Positions 10,009 through 19,832 of a stretch of 64,000 nucleotides of DNA are shown here, in pieces. The stretch covers positions 2,824-66,823 of the forward strand of contig JBDHHA010000010.1 in the NCBI GenBank assembly GCA_039589615.1, written 5' to 3'. The notes under the pieces were generated by a model. It saw only the letters and a program-made list of their open reading frames with translations, was not told where the DNA came from and ran no database searches. The stretch comes from Gemmatimonadota bacterium (GTDB lineage Bacteria; Gemmatimonadota; Gemmatimonadetes; Gemmatimonadales; GWC2-71-9). Numbering within the stretch: position 1 is the stretch's first letter; each line of letters starts with the position of its first letter. Position numbers and translations under genes: made by a program.

Positions 10009-10784
10009 TCGAGCTCACCGTGCTGGGATCGGGAACGGTGGCGCCGTCGCCGTCGCGCACCGCGGCCTCGTACTGGGTGTCGGCGGGCTCGACCCGTTTG
10101 CTGCTGGACTGCGGGGCCGGCACGATGCACCGGATGGCCGCCTTCGCCATCCCCTGGCCCACCCTCACGCACGTGGCCCTCACCCACTTCCACATCGATC
10201 ACTGGGGCGAACTCCCCATGCTGCTGTTTGCCCAGCGGTGGGGCACGGAACCGGCGCGGCGGGACACGCTCCACATCATCGGTCCCGAGGGGCTGCGGAA
10301 ACGCATGCGCCACCTGGCCGGCGCACTGGGCGAGTGGATCCGTGACCCCGGCTATCCCGTGGAAATCCACGAGTTGCGCCCCGGAGACTCCTATGTGTTG
10401 AGCGAAGAGGTAACGCTGGACACGTACAAGACGCTCCACAGCCCGGAGAGCCTGGCGTACTCCGTGAGGGACAAGTCCGGCCGACTGGTGTACACTGGAG
10501 ATACGGGGCCGAGTGACGCCCTCGCCGATTGGGCCCAGGACTGCGATCTCCTGCTGTCCGAGTGTTCGCTACCGGACGCTCGCGCCATCGAGTCGCATCT
10601 GACGCCCGCTCAGGCCGGGGCGCTGGCTCGGAGGGCAAGGGCCGAGCGATTGGTGCTCACCCATTTCTATCCACCCGTTGAAGCAGTGGATCCGGCCAAA
10701 GTGGCTGCCGGGGTGTTCGGTGGCACGGTCGTTGCTGCACAAGATGGTGACCGGTTCACAGTTGGCGCTAAGGGAGACGAGTAA
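10005..10784 (+). CDS. MBL-fold metallo-hydrolase (RNase Z/BN-like)
   Basis: MIELTVLGSG...LLLDCGAG...LTHFHIDHWGE (HxHxDH motif). The ATG overlaps the S8 peptidase stop (ATGA). Confidence 0.8.
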   Translation: MIELTVLGSGTVAPSPSRTAASYWVSAGSTRLLLDCGAGTMHRMAAFAIPWPTLTHVALTHFHIDHWGELPMLLFAQRWGTEPARRDTLHIIGPEGLRKRMRHLAGALGEWIRDPGYPVEIHELRPGDSYVLSEEVTLDTYKTLHSPESLAYSVRDKSGRLVYTGDTGPSDALADWAQDCDLLLSECSLPDARAIESHLTPAQAGALARRARAERLVLTHFYPPVEAVDPAKVAAGVFGGTVVAAQDGDRFTVGAKGDE

Positions 10785-10787
10785 CCG

Positions 10788-11474
10788 ATGCTGGTAGCGA
10801 TACACTGCGACGCAACGAACAGAAGAGGTGTGGCCGTGAGAGCGCTCGTCGCGTTGGCGATCGCACTGTGCATCCGCCCGGCGGCGGCACAGAACGCCAC
10901 TGAGGTGCTGGCCATCGCCGAGGCGACGTACGGTCAGATCACCACGCTACGCGCGGAGTTCACGCAGACCCTGATCAACCCGATGATCGGGAACGAAACC
11001 GCGACCGGGACGCTCTACCTGTCCCCACCAGACCGTTTCTCGATGCGGTTTAGCCACCCCGAAGGTGATCGAATCGTGGCAGACGGCACGTGGCTCTGGC
11101 TCCACACGCCGAGCACGACCCCCAATCAGGTAATCCGACAGCCCATCCCCGAAGCGGGGCCGGCAACGCCAAACCTGTTCGGACAGTTCGTCGACCGGCC
11201 ACTCGACCGCTATACGGCAACGTACGTGGGATTGGACTCGGCCGGTGGTTATCCGGTGGAAAACGTGCGGCTGATTCCCCGGGTGCAAGGCATCCCGTTC
11301 CGCAGCGTGGTGATCTCTTTGTCGGCCGACGGCATGTTGCGAAAAGTGAACATCGTGGAAGACTCGGGGCAGCGGCGCACGCTGGTGTTCGATTCCATCA
11401 CGGTCAACGAGCCGATTCCGCCGGAGGAATTGATCTTTCGGGTGCCCCGAGGCACGAGGGTTGTCACACCCTAG
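10788..11474 (+). CDS. LolA-like outer-membrane lipoprotein carrier family protein
   Basis: Signal peptide ...AAAQ. LolA-like pattern LRAEFTQ...GTLYLSPPDRFSMRF...DGTWLWLHTP. Confidence 0.65.
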   Translation: MLVAIHCDATNRRGVAVRALVALAIALCIRPAAAQNATEVLAIAEATYGQITTLRAEFTQTLINPMIGNETATGTLYLSPPDRFSMRFSHPEGDRIVADGTWLWLHTPSTTPNQVIRQPIPEAGPATPNLFGQFVDRPLDRYTATYVGLDSAGGYPVENVRLIPRVQGIPFRSVVISLSADGMLRKVNIVEDSGQRRTLVFDSITVNEPIPPEELIFRVPRGTRVVTP

Positions 11475-11476
11475 GA

Positions 11477-13057
11477 CTACATCCCCTCCGACAGCTCAAA
11501 CAACTCTTCCTGGCTGACCGCCCGCTCCAACAGCGCGATGGCGGCCCGCACCACGCCATCCCGGGCGGTCTCGAACCGCATCTCCACGTCGGGTCCAAAC
11601 GTGTAGCGCAGGGTGCGCCGCCTCAGCTCATGGTCGATGAAGTCGGCGGCTGCGTTCCAGACGGCGCCCGGCATGGTCACCTCCCGGGCGCGCAGCCGGC
11701 GCCGCACCTCGGCGCGCATGCCGCCCGTCACGACAAAGGCCTCGGGATCTGCGACGAGGTCCGTTCCCTTCAACTCCAACGCATAGCTCGACACCACGTC
11801 CACGAACGTCTGCACGTTCACTCCCAGCTGTCGCTGGAAGCGGCGCTCCGCCACCGTGGCGGTGTCGCCAAGCACGACCACATCAGGATGAATGCCCCCA
11901 CCGCCCCGGAGTGCCCGTCCCGCGTCACTGCGGAATTCCGGACTCACGACGACCGTATCCGTCGTAGCGGATTCCTCCGGAAAGAACGGGGGTTCCCGGT
12001 CCCGGTGAATCGACCGCCCGGAGGGCGTGTACCAGCGACTCGTCGTGAGCCGCAGGGCTTCGGTCCGATTGACCTGAAAGACCGTCTGCACCACCCCCTT
12101 GCCGAAGCTTGGGCTTCCGAGCACCAACGCCCGATCGTGATCCTGAAGTGCTCCGGCAATGATCTCGGCGGCGCTCGCCGAGAACTCGTTGACGAGCACG
12201 ACGAGCGGCATGTCGCTCCACCGTGCCGGGAGGCCTGCCTCGTACGTGTGGGACGTGGCCGCAATCCGCCCTCGCGTGGACACCACAGCGTCGCCGGGCT
12301 CCAGAAACAGATCCGACACGGCGACCCCCTGATCGAGCAGACCGCCCGGATTGTACCGCATGTCCAGCAGGAGACCCCTGGCGCCGGCCGCTCGCAACCG
12401 CGAGACGGCCTCCGCGAGTTCCTCGGCCGCCTGAGCGCCCACGGACTCGAGGCGAACGTACCCGATGCCCGGAGCCACCATGTCGGCATGGCGCACTGAT
12501 GTCACGTGGATCTCCCCACGCTCGACGTTGAACCCGAGAAGCTCGGGAAGCCCCGGGCGGACAACGGTGAGCTCAACCGCGGTCCCGGGATCACCCCGGA
12601 GCGCCGCCGACGCCCGCTCGGCCGACCAGCCGTACGTTCCAACGCCCTCCACCTCGACAATGCGATCTCCGGCTTCGAGCCCCGCCTCGTCCGCGGGGGT
12701 TCCGGCCATGGGAGTGACCACCGTGAGCCAGCCGTCGGTGACTTCGATGCGGAGCCCGAGCCCGCTATAGTCGCCGCGTGTGGCCATCATCAGGTCTTCC
12801 AACTCCTCGGCGCGGAGGAAGCCGGTGTAGGGATCGCCGAGACCCTGCAGCATGCCGTCGATGGCCAGGTCGTAGAGTTGGCCTTGCTCGAGAGAATCGA
12901 CGTAGAAGTCCGCAACGCGTTGCACGATACCGGAGAGAACTCGGGCCTTCCCATAGACCTCCGCCGTGCCGGGCGCACGCCGCTGCAGGAGCACGGCCCC
13001 GGACCCGAAGGCCACGGTCACCACGATCATGAGGATGAGGGTGTTCCTATGCGTCAC
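11477..13057 (-). CDS. S41 family C-terminal processing peptidase with a PDZ domain
   Basis: N-terminal TM anchor, a PDZ-like GLEAGDRIVEVEG segment, and S41 motifs LLLDMRYNPGGLL and VLVNEFSASAAEIIAGALQD. Confidence 0.85.
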   Translation of the reverse strand: MTHRNTLILMIVVTVAFGSGAVLLQRRAPGTAEVYGKARVLSGIVQRVADFYVDSLEQGQLYDLAIDGMLQGLGDPYTGFLRAEELEDLMMATRGDYSGLGLRIEVTDGWLTVVTPMAGTPADEAGLEAGDRIVEVEGVGTYGWSAERASAALRGDPGTAVELTVVRPGLPELLGFNVERGEIHVTSVRHADMVAPGIGYVRLESVGAQAAEELAEAVSRLRAAGARGLLLDMRYNPGGLLDQGVAVSDLFLEPGDAVVSTRGRIAATSHTYEAGLPARWSDMPLVVLVNEFSASAAEIIAGALQDHDRALVLGSPSFGKGVVQTVFQVNRTEALRLTTSRWYTPSGRSIHRDREPPFFPEESATTDTVVVSPEFRSDAGRALRGGGGIHPDVVVLGDTATVAERRFQRQLGVNVQTFVDVVSSYALELKGTDLVADPEAFVVTGGMRAEVRRRLRAREVTMPGAVWNAAADFIDHELRRRTLRYTFGPDVEMRFETARDGVVRAAIALLERAVSQEELFELSEGM

Positions 13058-13088
13058 GGCCTGCTCCCGAGGGAAAGCGGTTCCATTC

Positions 13089-13724
13089 TCAACCCTCTCC
13101 CTCCTCAGAAGTTTCCCTCAGGTGGGCCTCTACCGCCTCCCAGGCCACCGACTCCACCACGTCCGCCGTCGCCGTTGCGTCGAGGTGGACGATTCCAGGT
13201 CCCGAGGCCTCGCGGAACGCCGCCGCAATGCGCTCGTGCCACGCCGCGCCCTCCCGCTCGATCCGGTCGGGCTCCTTGCCGTCGTGGGCCTGCCGCTCCA
13301 GGCCGACGTCGGCGGGGAGGTCCAGTACGAGGGTGAGTCCGGGCCGGAGACCGTCGGTGGCCAACTCGTTGGCGCTCATCACGGGCCCCGCGGGGAGGCC
13401 GCGGCCTCCTATCTGATACGCCACGGTGGACAGGTCGTAGCGGTCGCTCAACACCACCTGCCCCTGCTCCAGGGCGGGGCGGATCACCTTGGCCACCTGG
13501 TCGGCTCGGGCCGCCAGAATAAGGAATAGCTCCGCCAGGGGACTCGCCTGCATGGCTGGATCCAACGCCACCCGCCGGGCCGCCTCGGCCAAGGGCGTAC
13601 CGCCGGGCTGGCGGACCTCGAGCACGCCACGACCCGTGTCCCGCAAGCGGGCCGCCAGGCGCTCCGCGAGAGTGGTCTTCCCGGCCCCGTCGGGACCGTC
13701 CACCACGATGAAGGAGCCCCTCAT
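13089..13724 (-). CDS. tmk: Thymidylate kinase
   Basis: Internal ATG (MRGSFIVVDGPDGAGKTT P-loop) and the EVRQPGGTPLAE motif. The start overlaps the prmC stop (ATGA). Confidence 0.85.
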   Translation of the reverse strand: MRGSFIVVDGPDGAGKTTLAERLAARLRDTGRGVLEVRQPGGTPLAEAARRVALDPAMQASPLAELFLILAARADQVAKVIRPALEQGQVVLSDRYDLSTVAYQIGGRGLPAGPVMSANELATDGLRPGLTLVLDLPADVGLERQAHDGKEPDRIEREGAAWHERIAAAFREASGPGIVHLDATATADVVESVAWEAVEAHLRETSEEGEG

Positions 13725-14581
13725 GGAATCGGTGCCGTGGCCACCAGATACCGGGGCCGGCCAAAGACATCCTCCTCGATTCGGGCCTCCCAGCCACACC
13801 GCTCCGCCAGATGGAGCACCCGGTCACCCCGTTCGGCGTCGATCTCCAGCGCCAGGAGCCCACCGGGAGCGAGGCACCCTGCCGCACCCTCGAGGAGTAG
13901 TCGCGTGTGCCGCATTCCGCCTTCATCACTCACCAGAGCGTCTCTCGGCTCATGGAGCCTCACACTCTCCTCCAGTCCTTCGAACTCGTCCGGGGTAACG
14001 TACGGTGGGTTGGCCACGATCACGTCCATGAGCTCGCCCTTCAGCGGGGCGAAGAATTCCCCGCACCGCAGGTCGACCGGCGTGTCCGGTCGGATGCGGT
14101 CGAGGTTTTCCCGAGCCACCCCCAGGATCTCGTCCGAGATGTCGGTGGCGAGAATCCGGGCAAAGGACCCCTCCACGGCAAGGCTCAGGGCAATACAGCC
14201 GCTCCCTGTCCCGATGTCCACCGCCACCCCCCTCCGTCCCTCGGTCTCGGCCCAGTCCAGCACCTGTTGAACCAGCCCCTCGGTCTCGGGTCGGGGAATC
14301 AAGACCGCCGGGCCCACCCGGAGATCCAGCCGGCGAAATCCCGTGAGGCCCGTGGCATAGGCTGGCGGCTTGCCGGCGACGCGCCCCTCGATGGCCCGGC
14401 AAAAGTCCTCCCACTCATTGTCCTCAACGGGGCGATCGCTTGCCGTCACGGTCGCAGACGGATCGGTCTCCGTCACCCGGGCCCAGAAGTCCACGGCCTC
14501 GCGCCGCGGCTCCGTCGACCCCCCGGACCGAAGCCGTTCCACCGCCCACCGCAGCGCTGCGGCGAGGGTGGGTGGCACCAT
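13721..14581 (-). CDS. prmC: Release-factor glutamine methyltransferase PrmC/HemK
   Basis: NPPYV catalytic motif (IVANPPYVTPDEF) and SAM-binding VDIGTGSGCIAL. ATG at 14581 lies 1 nt after the prfA stop. Confidence 0.85.
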   Translation of the reverse strand: MVPPTLAAALRWAVERLRSGGSTEPRREAVDFWARVTETDPSATVTASDRPVEDNEWEDFCRAIEGRVAGKPPAYATGLTGFRRLDLRVGPAVLIPRPETEGLVQQVLDWAETEGRRGVAVDIGTGSGCIALSLAVEGSFARILATDISDEILGVARENLDRIRPDTPVDLRCGEFFAPLKGELMDVIVANPPYVTPDEFEGLEESVRLHEPRDALVSDEGGMRHTRLLLEGAAGCLAPGGLLALEIDAERGDRVLHLAERCGWEARIEEDVFGRPRYLVATAPIP

Positions 14582-14582
14582 A

Positions 14583-15641
14583 TCAATCGGCGGTGTGCTC
14601 TTCAAGGCGGGCCGCACGGAGGGCGTCGATCACCTCGTCCAGGTCTCCCGCCAGCACCGCCTCGAGGCGGTGGATGGTGAAGTTGATTCGATGATCGGTG
14701 ACACGGTTCTGGGGATAGTTGTACGTCCTGATCTTGGCGGAGCGATCTCCGGTCCCGACCATGGAGCGCCGCTCCCGGGCCCGTTCCGCCTCCTTCTCGG
14801 CGACGATCCGGTCCAGGAGCCTCGCCCGGAGGACCTCCATCGCCTTGATCTTGTTCTGCAATTGGGATTTCTGGTCCTGGCACTGCACCACGAGCGCCGT
14901 GGGCAGATGGGTGATCCGGACGGCGCTGTCGGTGGTGTTCACGCTCTGGCCACCGGGCCCGGACGACCGAAAGACGTCGACCTTGAGGTCGCCCTCGTCG
15001 ATGCTCACGTCCACATCCTCCGCCTCCGGGAGGATGGCCACGGTGGCCGCGGACGTGTGAATCCGGCCCTGAGCCTCGGTCGTGGGGACCCGCTGGACTC
15101 TGTGCACCCCCGACTCGTAGCGGAGCCGGCCGTAGGCGGATTCTCCTTTGACCTTGAACACCGCGTCCCTGACGCCCCCCAGGTTTCCCTCGGAGAGGGA
15201 GACGGTCTCGGTGGACCACCCTCGCGCCTCGGCATACCGGTGGTACATGCGGAACAGGTCCGCCGCGAAGAGCGCGGCCTCGTCACCCCCGGTACCCGCC
15301 CTGACCTCCACGATGGTGTCTCGGTCGTCGAGGGGATCCGGGGGAATCAGGAGGGACTGGAGCGCTCTCTCGAGCTCCGCGACCTCGGGGGTGAGCCGCT
15401 CCACATCGGCCACCGCGAGCTCCACCAGCTCGGGATCCGAATCCCGAGACATCTCCCGTGATTGGTCCAGCTCTTCGGAGAGTTTCCCGAGACGGGTGGC
15501 CGTACGCCGGATTTCCTCCAGACGCGCGTACTCCCGACCCAGGGTCTTGAGTTGTTGGGGATCCGCAGCCACCGCCGGATCGGCGAGCCGCTCCTCGATT
15601 TCGGCCGCGCGTGCGAGCGCGGCCTCGAGCCGCGCCTGCAG
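14583..15641 (-). CDS. prfA: Peptide chain release factor 1 (start codon uncertain)
   Basis: GGQ motif ([22 protein letters not shown]) and the RF1-type tripeptide context [13 protein letters not shown]. The conserved N-terminus begins right after the rpmE stop, where only a CTG is in frame. The next canonical start is GTG at 15572. Confidence 0.85.
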   Translation of the reverse strand: MQARLEAALARAAEIEERLADPAVAADPQQLKTLGREYARLEEIRRTATRLGKLSEELDQSREMSRDSDPELVELAVADVERLTPEVAELERALQSLLIPPDPLDDRDTIVEVRAGTGGDEAALFAADLFRMYHRYAEARGWSTETVSLSEGNLGGVRDAVFKVKGESAYGRLRYESGVHRVQRVPTTEAQGRIHTSAATVAILPEAEDVDVSIDEGDLKVDVFRSSGPGGQSVNTTDSAVRITHLPTALVVQCQDQKSQLQNKIKAMEVLRARLLDRIVAEKEAERARERRSMVGTGDRSAKIRTYNYPQNRVTDHRINFTIHRLEAVLAGDLDEVIDALRAARLEEHTAD

Positions 15642-15643
15642 GG

Positions 15644-15862
15644 CTACCCCTCTTTCTGAGCGGCCTGCGACGAGTACCGCTGCCGGAACCGCTCGACGCG
15701 TCCGGCGGTATCGACGAGACGCTGCTTCCCGGTAAAGAACGGATGGCAGCGGCCGCAGATCTCTACGTGAATCGAGGAAAGCGTCGATCGGGTCTGGAAC
15801 ACGTTGCCGCACGCGCACTGAGCCGTGACCACGTGATACTCTGGGTGAATCTTTGTACGCAC
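15644..15862 (-). CDS. rpmE: 50S ribosomal protein L31, Zn-binding type A
   Basis: [10 protein letters not shown]...CACGNVF...[16 protein letters not shown] at 15862 is preceded by GGAGAGA. The longer ATG start at 15886 seems less likely. Confidence 0.9.
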   Translation of the reverse strand: MRTKIHPEYHVVTAQCACGNVFQTRSTLSSIHVEICGRCHPFFTGKQRLVDTAGRVERFRQRYSSQAAQKEG

Positions 15863-15905
15863 CGTTCTCTCCGAAAGCTGAACCACGTCTTGATTTGAGC
15901 ACAGA

Positions 15906-15935
15906 AATATAATGGGGACATCGACTTGGGAGCAA
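15906..15935 (-). promoter_or_regulatory. Candidate sigma-70-type promoter for rpmE-prfA-prmC-tmk (TTGCTC-18-TATATT)
   Basis: The hexamers read directly on the minus strand in the AT-richer rpmE/crp divergent spacer. The organism's promoter consensus is unknown. Confidence 0.3.
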
Positions 15936-15955
15936 CGGCGACTCTGTCCAGTCGT

Positions 15956-15984
15956 TTGACACGGCCCCGAGGGCTCGCTAATCT
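15956..15984 (+). promoter_or_regulatory. Candidate sigma-70-type promoter for the Crp/Fnr gene (TTGACA-17-TAATCT)
   Basis: Perfect -35 hexamer at 15956-15961, a 17-nt spacer and TAATCT at 15979-15984, about 30 nt upstream of the ATG at 16015. Confidence 0.4.
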
Positions 15985-16014
15985 TGACGGGCGTTTCCCC
16001 TAGAGAGCATCGAC

Positions 16015-16686
16015 ATGTCGGTGGTTACCGCCCTCCAAGCGATTCCGCTTTTCGAACATCTCGCTGACGACGAACTGGCTCGGATGGCCGAGTTGGCGCG
16101 CCAGCGAAAATACCCCAAGGGTAGCGTGATCCTGTTCGAGGACGATCCCGGCGATGCCCTCTATGTGGTGATCGCGGGCCAGGTCAAGGTCGTGCTCATC
16201 GGGGAAGACGGTCGCGAGGTCATTCTGGCAACATTGGCGGACGGTGATTTTTTCGGCGAGATGTCCCTGATCGACGACCAGCCCCGCTCCGCCCATGTCA
16301 TCGCCATGGAGAAGTCGAACCTCCTGGTGTTGCGGCGCGACGATTTTCAGCGCTGCCTCGAGGAAACACCTCGCATCGCCCTGGGGCTCCTCCGGGCACT
16401 GACCAAGCGTCTCCGCCTGGCGGACAGCAAGATCGGCGGCCTTGTCCTCCTCGACGTCGCGGGCCGAGTGGCGCGGCTGCTCCTGGAGATGGCCGACGAG
16501 AACGACGGGGTGAACGTCTCCAAGAAGGTGACGCACCATCAGATTGCCCAAATGATCGGATCGAGTCGGGAAACCGTTTCGCGAACGATGCGGACGCTCG
16601 CCGAGGAAAATCTCATCGCCGTGACCGGTAAGACCATCAGCGTGAAGGACCGGGGCGCGATGGAGCAAGCCGCCGGATTGCGGTGA
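16015..16686 (+). CDS. Crp/Fnr family transcriptional regulator
   Basis: cNMP-binding domain ([19 protein letters not shown]) and a C-terminal HTH ([23 protein letters not shown]). Confidence 0.9.
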   Translation: MSVVTALQAIPLFEHLADDELARMAELARQRKYPKGSVILFEDDPGDALYVVIAGQVKVVLIGEDGREVILATLADGDFFGEMSLIDDQPRSAHVIAMEKSNLLVLRRDDFQRCLEETPRIALGLLRALTKRLRLADSKIGGLVLLDVAGRVARLLLEMADENDGVNVSKKVTHHQIAQMIGSSRETVSRTMRTLAEENLIAVTGKTISVKDRGAMEQAAGLR

Positions 16687-16772
16687 GGTATCTCACGGAG
16701 CTCAGGTGACCCTATGCATAGCCCGCCGCGACCCGAGACTGCCAAATTGGTACCCGTGGAAGGGATGACGGC

Positions 16773-17642
16773 ATGTTTCGGGTGACTTTTTGGGGTACTC
16801 GGGGATCAATACCGAGCCCCGGTGCCGAGACGGCACGGTATGGGGGCAATACGCCGGCGCTCGAGGTCCGGCATGCCACCGCGAATGGCGGTGAGGCCCT
16901 CATCCTGGACGCCGGCACGGGGATCCGAGCCCTCGGACGGCACCTGGCAGGCAACGGAAAGCCCGTCAGTGTGGATCTCCTCGTGAGTCACACCCACTGG
17001 GATCACATCCAGGGATTGCCGTTCTTCATGCCACTGTTCGAGCCCGGGAACGAAGTGCGGATCTGGGGGGCGCGCCAGGCCGGAGTCGACCTCGAAGAGA
17101 TCCTCCGGAACCAGATGAGCCCGGTGGTATTCCCGGTGCCGCTCGACGGATTGGCAGCCGAGCTGGTCGTCAACCACATCGAGCCCGGCGAGTTTGCACT
17201 GGCGGGGTTTCGGGTACAGGCCATACGGGTCCGCCACCCGGGTGTCACATTGGCGTATCGCATCACACCGAGTGACGGCGGAGCGAGCTTCGCCTACGTA
17301 CCGGACAATGAGCTTGGACCCGGCGGGGACTACGACGTCCCGACCTCGTGGCGCGACGATTTCGTGAAATTTGTCGCCGGGGCCGATGTGCTGATTCACG
17401 ATGCGATGTACACGGCGGACGAGCTGGATCGCCACCGCGGATGGGGGCACTCGTCGAATCTCGAGGCGGCCGCGCTCGCGCTGGAAGCCCAGGTAAAGCA
17501 ATTGGTGGTGTTCCACCATCGACCGGAGCACGACGACGATCAGGTGGACGCCATGCTGGAAGAGGCACACAAAGCCGTTCAGACGGGTGGGGGAGGGGTC
17601 GACATCATCGCGGCCCGAGAAGGATTGGAACTCATTCTCTAG
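16773..17642 (+). CDS. MBL-fold metallo-hydrolase
   Basis: FWGTRGSIP...LDAGTG...LVSHTHWDHIQG (HxHxDH) and a distal His/Asp ligand region (HDAMY, GHSS). Confidence 0.8.
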   Translation: MFRVTFWGTRGSIPSPGAETARYGGNTPALEVRHATANGGEALILDAGTGIRALGRHLAGNGKPVSVDLLVSHTHWDHIQGLPFFMPLFEPGNEVRIWGARQAGVDLEEILRNQMSPVVFPVPLDGLAAELVVNHIEPGEFALAGFRVQAIRVRHPGVTLAYRITPSDGGASFAYVPDNELGPGGDYDVPTSWRDDFVKFVAGADVLIHDAMYTADELDRHRGWGHSSNLEAAALALEAQVKQLVVFHHRPEHDDDQVDAMLEEAHKAVQTGGGGVDIIAAREGLELIL

Positions 17643-17658
17643 CAGTCAGGAGAGTCCT

Positions 17659-18348
17659 ATGCGCTGGCGGACAACATTAGCACTCGCGCTCGCGGTTGGG
17701 TTCATGGCGCCTCCCGTCGCGCATGCCCAAGACAGCCGCCCCGGGATCGGGGTGTGGATCTTCAACAACGGCGGGTCGTACGGGCAGGACGCCGAGGACT
17801 TCGAGGCCCTGCGGGTCGGGCTGCAGCAGATCCTCATGACCGAGCTGGCTCGCAACTCGGCCCTCCGCGTGGTCGAGCGATCGCAGCTCAACGCCCTCAT
17901 CGCGGAGCAGGACCTGGGGGATCGCGTCGAGCCCAACTCGGCCGCCCAGGTCGGACAGATCATCGGGGCCAAGTACATGGTCCTCGGCGGATTCGTCGAT
18001 TTTTACGGTGATTTCCGCGTCGACGCCCGGATCGTGGACAGCGAGACCAGCGAGCTCGTGAAGGCAATTGGGGTTCGGGAAAGGCGAGAGGACCTGTACC
18101 AGCTCATCGTGGACCTGGCCACGCAGCTCACTGAGGACGTCAACCTCCCGGCCCTCGACGACGAGGAGGAGCTGGAGGAGCAGGCCCGGGAGATTCCCGT
18201 GGAGGCCCTCACGCTGTTTTCCCGAGCGGTCTTTTTCGAGGATCGGGGGGATGCGGCCCGGGCCAGAGAGTACTACAGCCGTGCCGTGCAGTCCTTTCCA
18301 GAGTACAGCGAGGCCACCGAACGGTTGCAACAGCTACGGGGATCGTAA
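17659..18348 (+). CDS. Secreted CsgG/LpoB-like domain protein with a C-terminal TPR-like helix pair
   Basis: ATG is preceded by CAGGAGAG. Signal peptide ...VAHAQ. The pattern ALRVVERSQLNALIAEQDL...AKYMVLGGFVDF...RVDARIVDSETSELV resembles CsgG/LpoB/FlgO-type periplasmic domains. Confidence 0.45.
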   Translation: MRWRTTLALALAVGFMAPPVAHAQDSRPGIGVWIFNNGGSYGQDAEDFEALRVGLQQILMTELARNSALRVVERSQLNALIAEQDLGDRVEPNSAAQVGQIIGAKYMVLGGFVDFYGDFRVDARIVDSETSELVKAIGVRERREDLYQLIVDLATQLTEDVNLPALDDEEELEEQAREIPVEALTLFSRAVFFEDRGDAARAREYYSRAVQSFPEYSEATERLQQLRGS

Positions 18349-18360
18349 TAACATAGGCGC

Positions 18361-19149
18361 GTGATCGCGCCCATCTCGGCTCTCGGCAACGTAGGAACGC
18401 GCTGGTTGTCCCGGTTCGGGGCACTGGCGCGTTTCCTCTTGGTCACCATGGGGTCGTGGCGCTTTCTCCCGCCCGCCGGCCGCAGCGTGGTACGACGCGT
18501 CTTCATGAACCAGGTCTGGTTCACGGCCATCCAGGCCATACCGCTGATCGTCATGCTCGCCAGCATCCTGAGCTTCCTGGTCATCTCGCAGGCCGTGCGA
18601 GAGCTGGGGCGCCTCGGCGCCACGGAGCTGATCGGCTCGCTGATGGTCATCGCCATCGTGCGGGAGTTGGGCCCCTTGCTCACCGCCCTCACCGTCGCCG
18701 GACGGTCGGGGACGGCCATCGCGGCCGAGCTGGCCACCAACAAGGTCATGGGCGAGATCGATGCGCTCGAGGGCATGGGGATCGATCCCGTCCATTATTT
18801 GGTCCTCCCTCGGTTCCTGGGGGCCATCGTCTCGGTCTTTGGACTCATCCTCCTGTTCGACTTGGTCGCCGTACTCGCTGGCCTGGGGGCAGCCGTGGCC
18901 AACGGCATGGCGTCCCCCCGATATTTCGACATCGTCTTGCAGTCGATCACTTTCCGGGATGTGTGGCTGTCGGTCGCCAAGGGCATCGTCTTCGGGATGG
19001 TCATCGGGACCGTGCCGGCATTTCACGGACTGCGGGCCCACAGGGCCGCCACCCAGGTACCGGTAGCCGCCGGTCAGGCCGTGGTGGTGAGCATCGTCGG
19101 GATCTTCCTGCTGTCCGCGGTGTTCGTCGCTCTCTACCCACTGAACTGA
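18361..19149 (+). CDS. MlaE/YrbE-family ABC transporter permease
   Basis: 262-aa polytopic protein. The MlaE-like pattern is GATELIGSLMVIAIVRELGPLLTALTVAGRSGTAIAAELATNKVMGEIDALEGMGIDPV. Confidence 0.85.
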   Translation: MIAPISALGNVGTRWLSRFGALARFLLVTMGSWRFLPPAGRSVVRRVFMNQVWFTAIQAIPLIVMLASILSFLVISQAVRELGRLGATELIGSLMVIAIVRELGPLLTALTVAGRSGTAIAAELATNKVMGEIDALEGMGIDPVHYLVLPRFLGAIVSVFGLILLFDLVAVLAGLGAAVANGMASPRYFDIVLQSITFRDVWLSVAKGIVFGMVIGTVPAFHGLRAHRAATQVPVAAGQAVVVSIVGIFLLSAVFVALYPLN

Positions 19150-19823
19150 TGTCCTCCGCACCGCTCTTCTTTCACGACGTGCCGCTGAACGGCGGCGATG
19201 CGCCCACCGTCACCCTGGAAGTTCCGGCCCATCGGACGGTTTCCATCGTCGGCGGTGAGGACAGCGGGGTCGGCCTCATGGGCCGGCTGGCACTGGGGTT
19301 GATCACGCCGTCCTCCGGGCAGCTCGCGGTGCTGGGCACCGAGCTTGCCACACTGTCGCGCCGCGAGTTGCTCGCGTATCGCCGCCGCGTGGGCTACCTT
19401 CCCGCGGGTGACGGGTTGCTGCAGAATCTCTCGCTGCGCGAGAACGTAGCGCTGCCCCTCAGGTTCGGGAGTGACCTTTCCGAAGGTGAGATCGACAGTC
19501 GGCTGAATATCATGCAGGCCGCCGCCGGACTCACACAAGTTGGACATCTGCGACCGGCGCAGGCGAACGACGAACAACGTCGCCGGGCGGCGCTGGCGCG
19601 GGCGTTGGCCTTTGACCCCAAGCTCGTGGTTCTCGAGGATCCTTTCGTAGGTCTCACAGATCGTGTCGCCCGCAGTATCCTGGAAGCCGCTCGGGGGGGT
19701 GACGTGGGCCAGGGATCGCGCCGGACGGTTCTCGCCTTGGGCCCCAGTCTCCCGGCGAGCGTCATCCCGAGATTCGAGATCCGTTATCGTCTGGTTCGCG
19801 GTGTGCTGCAACAGGAAGGATGA
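19149..19823 (+). CDS. ABC ATPase-like protein (MlaF position) with degenerate catalytic motifs
   Basis: ATG shares its A with the mlaE TGA. The protein aligns with ABC NBDs, but every motif differs: Walker A is GGEDSGVG, the signature is ANDEQ, Walker B is LVVLED, and the Q-loop Gln and H-loop His are absent. Confidence 0.7.
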   Translation: MSSAPLFFHDVPLNGGDAPTVTLEVPAHRTVSIVGGEDSGVGLMGRLALGLITPSSGQLAVLGTELATLSRRELLAYRRRVGYLPAGDGLLQNLSLRENVALPLRFGSDLSEGEIDSRLNIMQAAAGLTQVGHLRPAQANDEQRRRAALARALAFDPKLVVLEDPFVGLTDRVARSILEAARGGDVGQGSRRTVLALGPSLPASVIPRFEIRYRLVRGVLQQEG

Positions 19824-19832
19824 TTTCGAGCG

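Noticed and set aside
14583-15962. 459-aa version of the prfA ORF extending upstream across rpmE.
   Set aside because: The extension overlaps the whole L31 gene in another frame and has junk-like composition. RF1 homology starts only after the rpmE stop.
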